Position numbers and translations under genes: made by a program
The notes under the pieces: model-generated
What the model was told of the DNA's origin: nothing
The model's database searches: none
The model's input: the letters and a program-made list of their open reading frames with translations, nothing else
Shown: in pieces, positions 45,170 to 54,715 of the stretch
Layout: every line of letters begins with the position of its first letter
How positions within the stretch are numbered: the stretch's first letter is position 1
Assembly (NCBI GenBank): GCA_963776345.1
Contig: CAVZMH010000022.1
Span: forward strand, 352,001 to 416,000
Direction of reading: 5' to 3'
Length of the DNA: 64,000 nucleotides
From: an uncultured delta proteobacterium
GTDB taxonomy: Bacteria > Myxococcota > Myxococcia > Myxococcales > Myxococcaceae

Positions 45170-46366
45170 GCCGGTTGGGAGTCTGCTTCGTCGGCGCGGG
45201 TGGAGCCGTGGCCAGCACGGTGATCGCGGGCGTCGCCCTGATGAAGCGAGGGCTCGCTCCACGCATCGGGATGGTGACCGAAACCGGGTTGCCCCAGACT
45301 CTCGGTTGCGCGCCGCTCGATAGCCTGGTGTTCGGCGGCTGGGACCTCCGGGACACGAACATCTTCGAGGCCGCGCTCCGCGAGCGCATCGTCCCCGCGG
45401 AGCTGCTGCGGAAGGTCGAGCCGGAGCTGCGGGCGATCAAGCCGTGGCCCGGCGTGGTCTCCCCGAAGTTCCTGGGGACCGCCGATGCGAGCCACGTGGT
45501 CCCCGCCGCCAGCCACCGGGAGGAGCTGGAGATCCTCACCCGCAACGTGAAGGACTTCAAGGCGGCCAACAAGCTCGACCGGCTGATCATCGTGAACCTC
45601 GGCTCGACCGAGCGGCACGCCGAGGTCTCCGACGTGCACCGCACCGTCGCGGCCTTCGAGGCCGGCCTGCAGCGCAGCGACGAACGCATCAGCCCGGCGA
45701 TGAAGTACCTGTACCTCGCCTGCAAGCTGGGAGCGGCCCACGTCAACTTCACCCCCAGCCTGACCAAGGTCCCGGCGCTGGAGGCCCTGGCGGAGAGCTC
45801 GGGCATCCCCATCACCGGTGAGGACGGGAAGACGGGCCAGACGCTCCTCAAGACCGCGCTCGCTCCGGCGTTCGCCGTCCGGCAGCTCAAGGTCGAGGGG
45901 TGGTTCTCCACCAACATCCTGGGCAACAACGACGGCCGGGTGCTCGACGATCCGGAGAGCAACAAGACCAAGGTCGCGAGCAAGCTCTCGGTGCTGGACG
46001 AGATCCTCGGCTACGAGGTGTCCGACCACCAGGTGCACATCAACTACTACCGCCCGCGCGGGGACGAGAAGGAGGCCTGGGACAACATCGACGTGCTGGG
46101 CTTCCTCGGCGAGCGGATGCAGATCAAGAGTCAACTTCCTCTGCAAGGACTCGATCCTCGCCGCCCCGCTGGTGGTCGATCTGGTACGCCTGATGGACGT
46201 CGCCCAGCGCTGCGGGGAGCGCGGCATCCAGCGTCAGTTCTCGCTCTTCTTCAAGGCGCCCTACCACCGGGAGGGCGAGCGCGCGGTGAACGACCTGTTC
46301 AAGCAGAACACCCTCCTCCACGAGTGGGTGGAGAAGGTCGTCCGCCGCGTTCGCGCTGCGGTCTAG
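45166..46366 (+). CDS. ino1: myo-Inositol-1(3)-phosphate synthase, with one +1 frameshift at about 46129
   Basis: GAGGAVAST, FGGWD, DGKTGQTLLK, NILGNNDG, DEKEAWD; MQIK|VNFLCKDSILAAPL continues in the next frame after an extra A (AAG A GTC). Confidence 0.88.
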
Positions 46367-46367
46367 C

Positions 46368-47678
46368 GTGCGGTCGCTGGCGATCCACGGCGGCAGCCCG
46401 GCCGTCCCGGCGGGCGCCCACGTCCGCTGGCCGGTGCTCGGGGACGAGGAGCGAACGGCGCTGCTGGGCGTGCTGGAGCGCGGCGTCCTCTCCGGGCAGC
46501 TCGCTCCCGAGGTCCGGGGGCTGGAACGGGAGTTCGCCGCCTTCGTCGGATCGCGCCACTGCCTCGCCACCAACAGCGGCACCTCGGCGCTCCACCTCGC
46601 CCTGATCGGGGCGGGGGTGAAGCCCGGCGACGAGGTCATCGTCCCGGCGTTCACCTTCGTGGCGACGGCGATGGCCGTGCTGCACCAGGGTGCGGTTCCG
46701 GTGTTCGTGGACGTCGAGCCGAATACTTTTGGTCTGGACCCCGCGCGGCTGGAGGCGGCCATCACCCCGCGCACCCGGGCGGTGGTCCCGGTCCACCTCC
46801 ACGGGGTGCCCTGCGAGCTGCAGGCGGTGGTGGACATCGCCGCGCGCCACGGGCTCGTCGTGGTCGAGGACTCCGCCCAGGCGATCGGCGCCCGGTACCG
46901 GGGACGGGCCGCCGGAACGATCGGCCAGTCCGGGTGCTTCAGCCTCCAGTCCTCGAAGAGCGTGACCTGTGGCGAGGGCGGCCTGCTGGTCACCGACGAC
47001 GAGGCCGTCTACCGGCGGGCCCACAGCGCCCGCATGTTCGGCGAGGACAGCCGCCCCGAGGACGAGGCCAGCTACGACCTCACCCACGCCCTCGACGGGA
47101 ACCGCGCCTACGACTCGGCGGCGGTGGGATGGAACTACCGCACCGGCGAGCTGTCGGCGGCGGTGGCCCGGGCGCAGCTCCGCCGCCTGCCGCAGTGGAA
47201 CGCCGGCGCGCTGGAGAACGCCCGGCTCCTGACCCGGCGACTGCGCGAGCTGCCCGGCGTGACCCCGCCCATGGTTCCGGAGGACCGCGAGCCGGCCTTC
47301 CACAAGTACCGCGTGCAGCTCGACGCGACGAAGCTCGGCCTGGACGCGCCGCCGGTGGCGGTGCGTGACGCCATGCTCCGCGCGCTCCGCGCCGAGGGCT
47401 GCGAGGTGGTGCTGTGGCAGAGCCGGCCCGTCCCCGGGCAGACGCTGTTCCAGCGCATGGAGGCGGAGGCCGCCGCTCGCCCGGCGCAGGGCCGCGTCAG
47501 CTACGACCTCGCGCAGTACCCCCAGACCCGGGCGATCCTCGACCGTTCGCTCTGCCTCTTCTCGCAGACCTACCCCATCGCGCCGCAGCCGCGGGCGCTG
47601 GTGGAGGTGTACGCCGAGGCCTTCGCCCAGGTGTGGCTGCGGCTGCCCGAGGTGCTCTCGACGTCGAGGGCCGGATGA
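46368..47678 (+). CDS. DegT/DnrJ/EryC1/StrS PLP-dependent aminotransferase
   Basis: LAIHGGSP..WP, NSGTSALH, EDSAQA, FSLQSSKSVTCGEGG, GWNYR. Confidence 0.93.
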   Translation: MRSLAIHGGSPAVPAGAHVRWPVLGDEERTALLGVLERGVLSGQLAPEVRGLEREFAAFVGSRHCLATNSGTSALHLALIGAGVKPGDEVIVPAFTFVATAMAVLHQGAVPVFVDVEPNTFGLDPARLEAAITPRTRAVVPVHLHGVPCELQAVVDIAARHGLVVVEDSAQAIGARYRGRAAGTIGQSGCFSLQSSKSVTCGEGGLLVTDDEAVYRRAHSARMFGEDSRPEDEASYDLTHALDGNRAYDSAAVGWNYRTGELSAAVARAQLRRLPQWNAGALENARLLTRRLRELPGVTPPMVPEDREPAFHKYRVQLDATKLGLDAPPVAVRDAMLRALRAEGCEVVLWQSRPVPGQTLFQRMEAEAAARPAQGRVSYDLAQYPQTRAILDRSLCLFSQTYPIAPQPRALVEVYAEAFAQVWLRLPEVLSTSRAG

Positions 47679-48667
47679 ACCTCCGCGGACCGGGGTTCTT
47701 CGGACGGCCGCTCGTCCGGCTCGCCTGCGCCGTCGCCGGCACCGCCGTGCTCGCCCTCTCGGTGTGGGCCGCCGGCGCCCAGGAGGTGCTCCAGCGCCTC
47801 GGGGCGAGCGCCCACGCCCTGCCGATGCTCGCCGCGCTCGAGGCCGCGATGGTGGCCTGCAGCACGCTCGCCCTGCGAGCCCTCTACGGCGCGAGCGCGG
47901 CGCAGGTCTCCGCCCGTCAGTGGTTGCGGGTGGGCGCGGCCGGCTATGCCGTCGGCCTCGTGCTGCCGATGGGCCGGGGCTCGGGCGAGGCCGCCCGTGC
48001 GCTTCTCCTCAGCCGGAGCGCCGGCGGAGCACGGGCGGCGGTCGCCGCAGTGCAGATGCAGGGCGTGGTGCTCCTGTCCACCGCGGCGTTCGTGGTGCCG
48101 CTGCTCGTCGCCACGCTGGCGCTGCTCGGGCCGGGCGCGACCGCGGGGCTCGTCCTGGCCAACGGCGTGGTGGCGGGCGTGCTCGGGGCGAGCATCCTCC
48201 TCCTCCGCCAGCGCGCCAGCCCGGGGCGGTTCCTCGGGGGGCTGAGCAAGCGCCTCCACCGCTTCGGCGCCGCCTTCGACGACGCCGCCGGCGCGTCCAG
48301 GGCCGACCTCCTCCGGTCGCTGGCCTGGGAGACCGCCGGCCGGGTGGCGCAAGCGGTCCAGTGCGGCGTCGCCCTGGCCGCCATCGGCCACCCCTCCGGC
48401 CTCGTCCGGGTGCTGGTCACCCGCGGAATGCTGATGGTGGGAAGCGCGCTGGGGGACCTCATCCCCGGACAGCTCGGCGCCACCGAGGCCACGCTGGTGG
48501 TGGGCGCCGAGGCCCTGGCGCTGACGGCGGCGAGCGCCGCCTCGCTCGCCCTGCTCATCCACGGGGCGCAGATCCTCCTCGGCCTCCTGTGCACCGCGGT
48601 GGCCTCCGCTCTCCCCGGTCTCGCCCCGACCGCGGCCGCCGCGGATTCACGCGTCGAATGGCGCTGA
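47675..48667 (+). CDS. Lysylphosphatidylglycerol-synthase TM domain (flippase-like) membrane protein
   Basis: Multi-TM; LPMGRGSGE..R and IPGQLGATE motifs. Confidence 0.75.
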   Translation: MNLRGPGFFGRPLVRLACAVAGTAVLALSVWAAGAQEVLQRLGASAHALPMLAALEAAMVACSTLALRALYGASAAQVSARQWLRVGAAGYAVGLVLPMGRGSGEAARALLLSRSAGGARAAVAAVQMQGVVLLSTAAFVVPLLVATLALLGPGATAGLVLANGVVAGVLGASILLLRQRASPGRFLGGLSKRLHRFGAAFDDAAGASRADLLRSLAWETAGRVAQAVQCGVALAAIGHPSGLVRVLVTRGMLMVGSALGDLIPGQLGATEATLVVGAEALALTAASAASLALLIHGAQILLGLLCTAVASALPGLAPTAAAADSRVEWR

Positions 48668-49575
48668 TCCCCCGCATCGTCGTAGGCACCTCGCGCCTGG
48701 GCAGCATCCTCCCCGATGGGCTCGCCCCGGGGTCCAGCCGGGAGAAGGAGCTCCGGTACCTGGACGCGCTGGTGGAGGCGGGGTGCACGGCCTTCGACCT
48801 CGCGGCCTCGTACCAGCTCGGCGGGACCGAACGTCTCCTCGGACGCTGGATGGCCTCGCGCCGCCTCCGGGAGCGGCTCTTCCTGGTCGGAAAGGGCGGC
48901 CACCCCTACCCGGGCATCCGTCCCAACCGGCTCGGCGCGACGGCGCTCTCCCGGGACCTCGAGGCCAGCCTGCGCCGGCTCCGGGTCGAGCGGCTGGACC
49001 TCTACCTCCTCCATCGAGACTCCCCCGGTGCGCCGCTCGAGCCCATCGTCGAGACGCTCGGCGCCGCCCTCCGCTCGGGGAAGATCCAGGCCTGGGGCGT
49101 GTCGAACTGGAGCATCCCCCGCATCCAGGCCCTCGAGGCGGCGGCGCGGCAGGGGGGGCTTCCGCCGATGGCCGCCACGAGCCCCCACTACTCGCTCGTC
49201 GACTGGGTGCGCCCGCCCTGGACCGGCTCGGTGAGCATCGCCGGGCCTGCGAACCGCGAGGCGCGGGCGTTCCACCAGCGCACGCAGCTTCACGTGCTGG
49301 CGTGGGCTCCGCTCGGCTCTGGGTTCCTGACCTCCGAGCGGGTCCGGGGAGGCAGTTACGGCAGTCCCGGGAACGTCGCCCGGAGGGAACGGGCGCGGGC
49401 GCTGGCCAGGGAGCGTGGCTGCACCCCGGCGCAGGTTGCCCTGGCCTACCTCTTCAGCCAGCCCTTCCCCGTGTCCGCGGTGGTCGCCGCCAGCACCGTG
49501 GAGAAGATGCGCCGGAACCTCGAGGCGGGCACGATGCGGCTGTCCGCGGACGAGGTCCAGGCGCTCGAGGGGTAG
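48658..49575 (+). CDS. Aldo/keto reductase
   Basis: FDLAASY, SLRRLRVERLDLYLLH, GKIQAWGVSN, AWAPLGSG, TPAQVALA. Confidence 0.9.
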   Translation: MALIPRIVVGTSRLGSILPDGLAPGSSREKELRYLDALVEAGCTAFDLAASYQLGGTERLLGRWMASRRLRERLFLVGKGGHPYPGIRPNRLGATALSRDLEASLRRLRVERLDLYLLHRDSPGAPLEPIVETLGAALRSGKIQAWGVSNWSIPRIQALEAAARQGGLPPMAATSPHYSLVDWVRPPWTGSVSIAGPANREARAFHQRTQLHVLAWAPLGSGFLTSERVRGGSYGSPGNVARRERARALARERGCTPAQVALAYLFSQPFPVSAVVAASTVEKMRRNLEAGTMRLSADEVQALEG

Positions 49576-49584
49576 ACAGGATCG

Positions 49585-51246
49585 ATGGAGGTCATCGAGA
49601 GAGCCGAGGGGTGGGATGCGATCGTCGTGGGCTCGGGCGCCACGGGCGGGGTCGCCGCGCTGAAGCTCACCCGGGCGGGCCTGCGCGTCCTGGTGCTCGA
49701 GGCCGGCGCGCCGGTCGTGCGCCGGCGGGACCACGGCTCGTTCCTGACCAATGGCTGCAAGCAGCTCTACCGGCACCTGGTCTCGCACCGCCAGGAGGTC
49801 CAGAAGAGCCACCCCACCTACTGGGCGACCAACCCCGACTTCTTCGTCGACGACGTGGACAACCCTTACACCACGCCGCCCGACAAGCCGTTCCGGTGGA
49901 TACGCTCGCGGCGGGTGGGGGGGCGCTCGCTGGTCTGGGACGCGGTGACGCCGCGCTTCTCCGACTTCGACTTCAAGGCGGCGAGCCGGGATGGCTTCGG
50001 GCCGGACTGGCCCATCACCCACGCCGACCTCGCTCCCCACTACTCGGAGCTGGAGCGCCTGCTCGGGGTCCACGGCTCGCGGGAGGGGCTGCCGCAGCTC
50101 CCCGACGGCGAGTTCCGCGAAGCGCGGCCGATGACGCCCGCGGAGCGCCTCTTCAAGGAGCGCGTGGAGCGGGTGTTCCCCGAGCGCCGGGTCATCATCT
50201 CCCGGGGCCTGTTCGCCCGGAGGCCTCCCGAGCGGGGCGAGACGCTCTCGCGCATCTCCAGCCCCGCGACGACGCTCCGCGCCGCCGGGGAGACCGGCCG
50301 GTTGACCCTGCGGAGCGGGGCGGTCGTCGCCCACGTCCTCGTCGACCGTGACGGCACGCGCGCCACGGGGGTGGAGTTCGTGGACACGGCGACCGGTCGG
50401 ACCGAGGAGGCGCGGGCCAGGCTGGTGTTCCTCTGCGCGTCCACGCTGGAGAGCGTGCGCATCCTCATGAACTCCAGAAGTGCCGCGCACCCCGAGGGGA
50501 TCGGCGCGTCCTCCGGAGTGCTCGGGCGCTACGTGATGGACCACAGCGCCGGCAACGTCTACTTCTACCTGCCGGACGTCCCGGACACCGGCGGGCCCTA
50601 CGAGCTGCTGGGCAGCGACAGCATCATGATCCCCCGCTACCAGAACCTCGGGTCGACGCGGGAGCCGTACCTGCGCGGCTTCGGCCTGTGGGGAGGCATC
50701 CAGCGGCTGCCGGTGCCCAACTTCCTCCGGCGGCACAGGGACGTGGCCTTCGGATTCCTCTGCGCGCGCTCGGAGACGTTGCCCCACCGCGACAACCGCA
50801 TGGAGATCGACCCCACGCTGAAGGACGCCTGGGGCATCCCCGCGGCGCACATCGTCTGCGAGTGGAAGGACGAGGACCTGGTCCTGGCCCGCGCGGCCCG
50901 GGCCGCGGCGAGGGAGATCGTCGAGGCCGGCGGTGGGCGGTGCGCCGAGGTGACCGAGCTCTTCCACACCCCGTTCGTCACCGGCCACATCCAGAAGATG
51001 CAGAAGGAGTGGACGCTCTCCACGCCGGGGATGTTCGTCCACGAGGTCGGGGGCGCGCGCATGGGCACCGACGCGAGGAGCTCGGTGCTCGACCCGACCT
51101 GCCGCTCCTGGGACGTCGGGAACCTCTACCTCACCGACGGCGCCTGCTGGCCCACGTCCGGGTGGCAGAACCCCACGCTCACCGAGATGGCCGTCACCGC
51201 GCGCGCCTGTGACCACGCGGTCGCCACGCTCCGGGGTGATGGCTGA
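49585..51246 (+). CDS. GMC oxidoreductase (sugar/glycoside oxidase-like subgroup)
   Basis: DAIVVGSGATGG, VGGRSLVW, DWPI, HEVGGARMG, QNPTLT. Confidence 0.9.
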   Translation: MEVIERAEGWDAIVVGSGATGGVAALKLTRAGLRVLVLEAGAPVVRRRDHGSFLTNGCKQLYRHLVSHRQEVQKSHPTYWATNPDFFVDDVDNPYTTPPDKPFRWIRSRRVGGRSLVWDAVTPRFSDFDFKAASRDGFGPDWPITHADLAPHYSELERLLGVHGSREGLPQLPDGEFREARPMTPAERLFKERVERVFPERRVIISRGLFARRPPERGETLSRISSPATTLRAAGETGRLTLRSGAVVAHVLVDRDGTRATGVEFVDTATGRTEEARARLVFLCASTLESVRILMNSRSAAHPEGIGASSGVLGRYVMDHSAGNVYFYLPDVPDTGGPYELLGSDSIMIPRYQNLGSTREPYLRGFGLWGGIQRLPVPNFLRRHRDVAFGFLCARSETLPHRDNRMEIDPTLKDAWGIPAAHIVCEWKDEDLVLARAARAAAREIVEAGGGRCAEVTELFHTPFVTGHIQKMQKEWTLSTPGMFVHEVGGARMGTDARSSVLDPTCRSWDVGNLYLTDGACWPTSGWQNPTLTEMAVTARACDHAVATLRGDG

Positions 51247-52764
51247 CTAGCGCGGCGCCGCCGAGCGGGCCGGCGCATCGGCGAACGCCCAGAACCGGGC
51301 CCGGAACCAGGCGAGGAACACCAGGACGCTCAGGAGCGTGGTCGCGCCCCAGGGAATGAGGAGCGGCACTGACCGGGGCAGCGCGACCGAGAACTCGGGC
51401 AGGACGGCGAAGCCGACGGCCCACACCCACCAGCGCCGCCACGCCGGCGGGCAGCTCAGGCCGAAGAAGGGCAGCGCGACCAGCAGGTACCAGGACTGGA
51501 ACCTCGGGCTGCCGAGCGTCACCACCGCCACGACGAATGCCCCGGTGGCCAGCGCCAGCCGCTCCTCGTCGAGCCGGCGGAGCAGCCCGAGCCCGAGCGG
51601 GAGGATGGCGGCCAGGGCGAGGAGCGTCGCGAGGACCTGGGCGGCCCGGGTCGCCCGGGCGCGGGCCTGCTGCTGGCGCGCGTCGAAGGTCTCGACCAGC
51701 CGGTCCAGGTTGAGCCTGCCGCTGGCGAACGCACCGGCCACGGTGCCGGCCACGTCGACCAGCGTGCCGCCTGGCACCATGGTGCTCGTGGCGAGGCCGC
51801 GCAGCTGTCCGCGCACCGTGCCGGGGCCGTGCCAGAAGGGGGCATAGGCGAGGGCGGCGGCTGCGCCGAGGCACAGCGCGAGGAGCGCCCCCCTCCGGAC
51901 CCGCTGCGCCCAGCCGCTCGTCCCCGAGAGCCAGAACCAGGGGAAGGCGAGGCCGAAGTTGAGCTTGCCGAGCACGGCCAGCGACCAGGCCATGCCCGCG
52001 CCGACCCGGGGTGCCCGCCGGCGCAGCAGCAGGCCTGCGGTGATGAGGAGGGCGCCCAACAGGTCGGGGTGCAGCTGTCCCGGCCCCTCGACCAGGAACA
52101 GCGGGTTCAGCCAGATCATCGCGTGGAACGCCGGTCGATCGGGGACGGCACGCAGCGAGATCTCGAAGAGCGCCACCAGGGGCACGAGCCAGGCCAGCTT
52201 GAGCCAGGCCTCGGCGCGGTAGGGGTTGGCGCCGCCGAGCACGCTGGGCCAGGCCGCGAGGAGGGTGATCGGGCCATACGGGCTCGGGCTCTCTCGCCAG
52301 CGGATGCCGATCCACGAGAACCACACGCTCTCGGGGTACGCCATGGCCGAGCTGTAGACGTCCTTGCCGCGGCTGCTGAGATCCGCCTGGGCGAGGAGGC
52401 TGAAGAGGTCGTTGCTCAGGAGCGGCAGCATCCCCACCACGGCGAGGAGACCCAGGTAGAACAGCCGGCGCGGGCGCCCGGGCGGGTCGGCGAGCATCCT
52501 GCCCCACCCGGTGACGGCCAGCGCCCACCCGAGGCACATGGCGAGGAGCAGCAGCGTCCCGGCCGCCTGCGACGGGTAGTGCTCGTCCACCTTTGGCGAG
52601 CCCGTCACGAGGCAGCGGGCCCAGGAGCAGAGCGTGAGGATGGACAGGCCCGCCAGCCATCGAATCGCCGCGGCCCGGGACGAGAGGCGGGGCCCGAGGT
52701 CTTCCGGGCCGGACTCGGGCACGAGGGGCGCGCGCGGCGGGAGTTGCTCCACGGGAGTGCTCAT
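51247..52764 (-). CDS. GT-C polyprenol-phosphate-sugar-dependent glycosyltransferase (MptA/MptB-like)
   Basis: PLLSNDLFS, W..SPYGP, WLNPL..HPD, SWY; about 12 TM helices. Confidence 0.75.
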   Translation of the reverse strand: MSTPVEQLPPRAPLVPESGPEDLGPRLSSRAAAIRWLAGLSILTLCSWARCLVTGSPKVDEHYPSQAAGTLLLLAMCLGWALAVTGWGRMLADPPGRPRRLFYLGLLAVVGMLPLLSNDLFSLLAQADLSSRGKDVYSSAMAYPESVWFSWIGIRWRESPSPYGPITLLAAWPSVLGGANPYRAEAWLKLAWLVPLVALFEISLRAVPDRPAFHAMIWLNPLFLVEGPGQLHPDLLGALLITAGLLLRRRAPRVGAGMAWSLAVLGKLNFGLAFPWFWLSGTSGWAQRVRRGALLALCLGAAAALAYAPFWHGPGTVRGQLRGLATSTMVPGGTLVDVAGTVAGAFASGRLNLDRLVETFDARQQQARARATRAAQVLATLLALAAILPLGLGLLRRLDEERLALATGAFVVAVVTLGSPRFQSWYLLVALPFFGLSCPPAWRRWWVWAVGFAVLPEFSVALPRSVPLLIPWGATTLLSVLVFLAWFRARFWAFADAPARSAAPR

Positions 52765-52837
52765 CGCGCCGAGGGCAGAGTCCCGGGAGCCCGGTCGTGC
52801 GCCGAGGGCAGGAGCGAGGCGGCGCAGGCCGTGGCGC

Positions 52838-53434
52838 TCATGTCCCGAGCACGGTGTCGAACACCACCGCTGCCCGCGGGTCTCCCGAGCCGTCGAGGAC
52901 GACCGGCCGGATGAGCCGCCGGTCCGCGAGGATCGGGTCCTTCGAGAAGTTGTGGTCCGGATCACCAGCGAACGCCGGATCGGTGGCGAAGTAGAGCTGG
53001 GTGACGAGCACCTTCCGGCCCGGCGCGCTCACCCGGTAGTGGATGTGCTGGGCGACGCGCTCCGGGTAGTGCCCGGGCATGAGGGTCTGGAAGCGGTACG
53101 TCCCGTCCGCGGCGGCGACGAGGCGGGAGCGGTAGCGGTAGCCCTCGAGGTCGTAGATGCCGCGCCCGTCCGCGTGCCACACCTCGACGGTGGCCCCGGA
53201 GAGCGGCTTGCCGGAGGAGTCCATCACCTTGCCGCTCACCACCAGCGGCAGACCCGGGTCGCCGGGCACGATGAGGTTGGCCGAGGTCGGCGCGCCCGGC
53301 TTGTAGAACGGGCCCAGCGCGTTCTCGGGCGTGAGGGGCAGCGGGGCCGCGGCAGAGCCGAGCGCAGGCGCGGCGACCATGGCCACGCCCAGGGACAGAC
53401 CGGCTTCGACCAGCTCGCGGCGAGTCAGGGACAC
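52838..53434 (-). CDS. Tat-exported intradiol ring-cleavage dioxygenase-like protein
   Basis: TRRELV signal; GPFY, VEVWHADGRGIY, PGHY, HIHY, TQLYF. Confidence 0.85.
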   Translation of the reverse strand: MSLTRRELVEAGLSLGVAMVAAPALGSAAAPLPLTPENALGPFYKPGAPTSANLIVPGDPGLPLVVSGKVMDSSGKPLSGATVEVWHADGRGIYDLEGYRYRSRLVAAADGTYRFQTLMPGHYPERVAQHIHYRVSAPGRKVLVTQLYFATDPAFAGDPDHNFSKDPILADRRLIRPVVLDGSGDPRAAVVFDTVLGT

Positions 53435-53520
53435 GGGCGGGCAGCCTAGCGGCGACGCCCGGTCACGCCTAGCGCATCCTCGGTCCCCCGGGGGGTTCGT
53501 GCGGCGCGTCGAGGAACCGC

Positions 53521-54171
53521 TCAGGCCGGCGAGCGGGTCAGCACGACGTGCGTCGCGGCCTCCGAGGGGACGTGCTCGGTGCGCCGGAAGCCGAGCTCGA
53601 GGAGGTCGATGCCCGAGAGGAGGTGCTCTCCCCTCCCCAGGAGGACCGGCGAGAGGGCGAGGTGGACGAGATCGACGAGCCCTGCGCGAAGGTACTGGCG
53701 GATCGTCGACACCCCGCCTCCCAGACGCACGTCCTGGGCCCCCGCCGCGTCGCGCGCCCGCTCGAGCGCCTCGTGGATTCCCCCGGTGACGAAGTGAAAC
53801 GTCGTCCCGCCCTTCATCTTGATCGAGGGCCGCGGGTGATGGGTGAGCACGAAGGCCGGGACGTGGTACGGCGGCTCGTCACCCCACCATCCCTTCCACG
53901 CCTCGTCGGGCCAGGCGCCCCGGATCGGGCCGAACATGTTCCGCCCGAGGATCCAGGCGCCGACGTTCTCGAAGCCTCGGGCCGCGAAGTCGTCGTCGAT
54001 CCCGGTGGTGCCGTCGCCCGGTCCGAACATGCGCCGGAAGGTGCGGGTCGGGAACACCCAGGCGTGCAGCGTCTCACCGCCGACGCCGAGGGGGTGGTCG
54101 AGATCCTGGCCGGGACCGGCGCCGAATCCGTCGATCGAGATCCCGAAGCCGTGAACTCGCAATCGAGACAT
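53521..54171 (-). CDS. Dihydrofolate reductase/RibD C-terminal domain protein
   Basis: ISIDGF, ILGRNMF, FVLTH, LGGG, PVLLGRG. Confidence 0.9.
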   Translation of the reverse strand: MSRLRVHGFGISIDGFGAGPGQDLDHPLGVGGETLHAWVFPTRTFRRMFGPGDGTTGIDDDFAARGFENVGAWILGRNMFGPIRGAWPDEAWKGWWGDEPPYHVPAFVLTHHPRPSIKMKGGTTFHFVTGGIHEALERARDAAGAQDVRLGGGVSTIRQYLRAGLVDLVHLALSPVLLGRGEHLLSGIDLLELGFRRTEHVPSEAATHVVLTRSPA

Positions 54172-54715
54172 GACGCTCCTCCCAGGAGAGTGGACTGCCG
54201 ATGCCGGGAAGAATCATCGGTGATGCCCCCCCGCCGTGCCTCACCCGGCCTCGAGCGTCATCCCCACCCGCTGGCAGAGCGCATCGAAGGCGGCCGACAT
54301 CTCCTCCATGGCCTCCCGGCCACCCGCCAGCGTGAGAAGCAGACGCGCGCACTCCGGTGCGCACTCGGTCTGGTTCCAGCTGGCCCGGCGCTTCCTGGAG
54401 GACGCGAGCGCTTTCCGTCCGTCTGATCGCGACCGCTGCGCCTCGCCTTCGATCCTTCGCCGTCGCCCGCGTCGAGGCGCCGGGCAGCGGGACGTCGGGC
54501 CCGCGCCGCGACGCACCCGGTCGCACCGTCGAAAGCCCCGGGAATCACGGCGCCTTCTGCCCCGAGCCCACGGCGATCGCGCCGGCATGTCCGGATTTCG
54601 TCCCGTTTCTCGTGAGGAGTACAGGGCGCCTCCGGCGCTCATCGGCCGGATCTGATTGCGGAGACGCGCTCGGGCGTCGGCCGGACTTCACCCCGATGCC
54701 GGGGGAGGACTGCAC

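Noticed and set aside
54241..54642. 133-aa minus-strand ORF
   Set aside because: Only the last ~40 codons look protein-like and there is no credible start or motif; at most a remnant.
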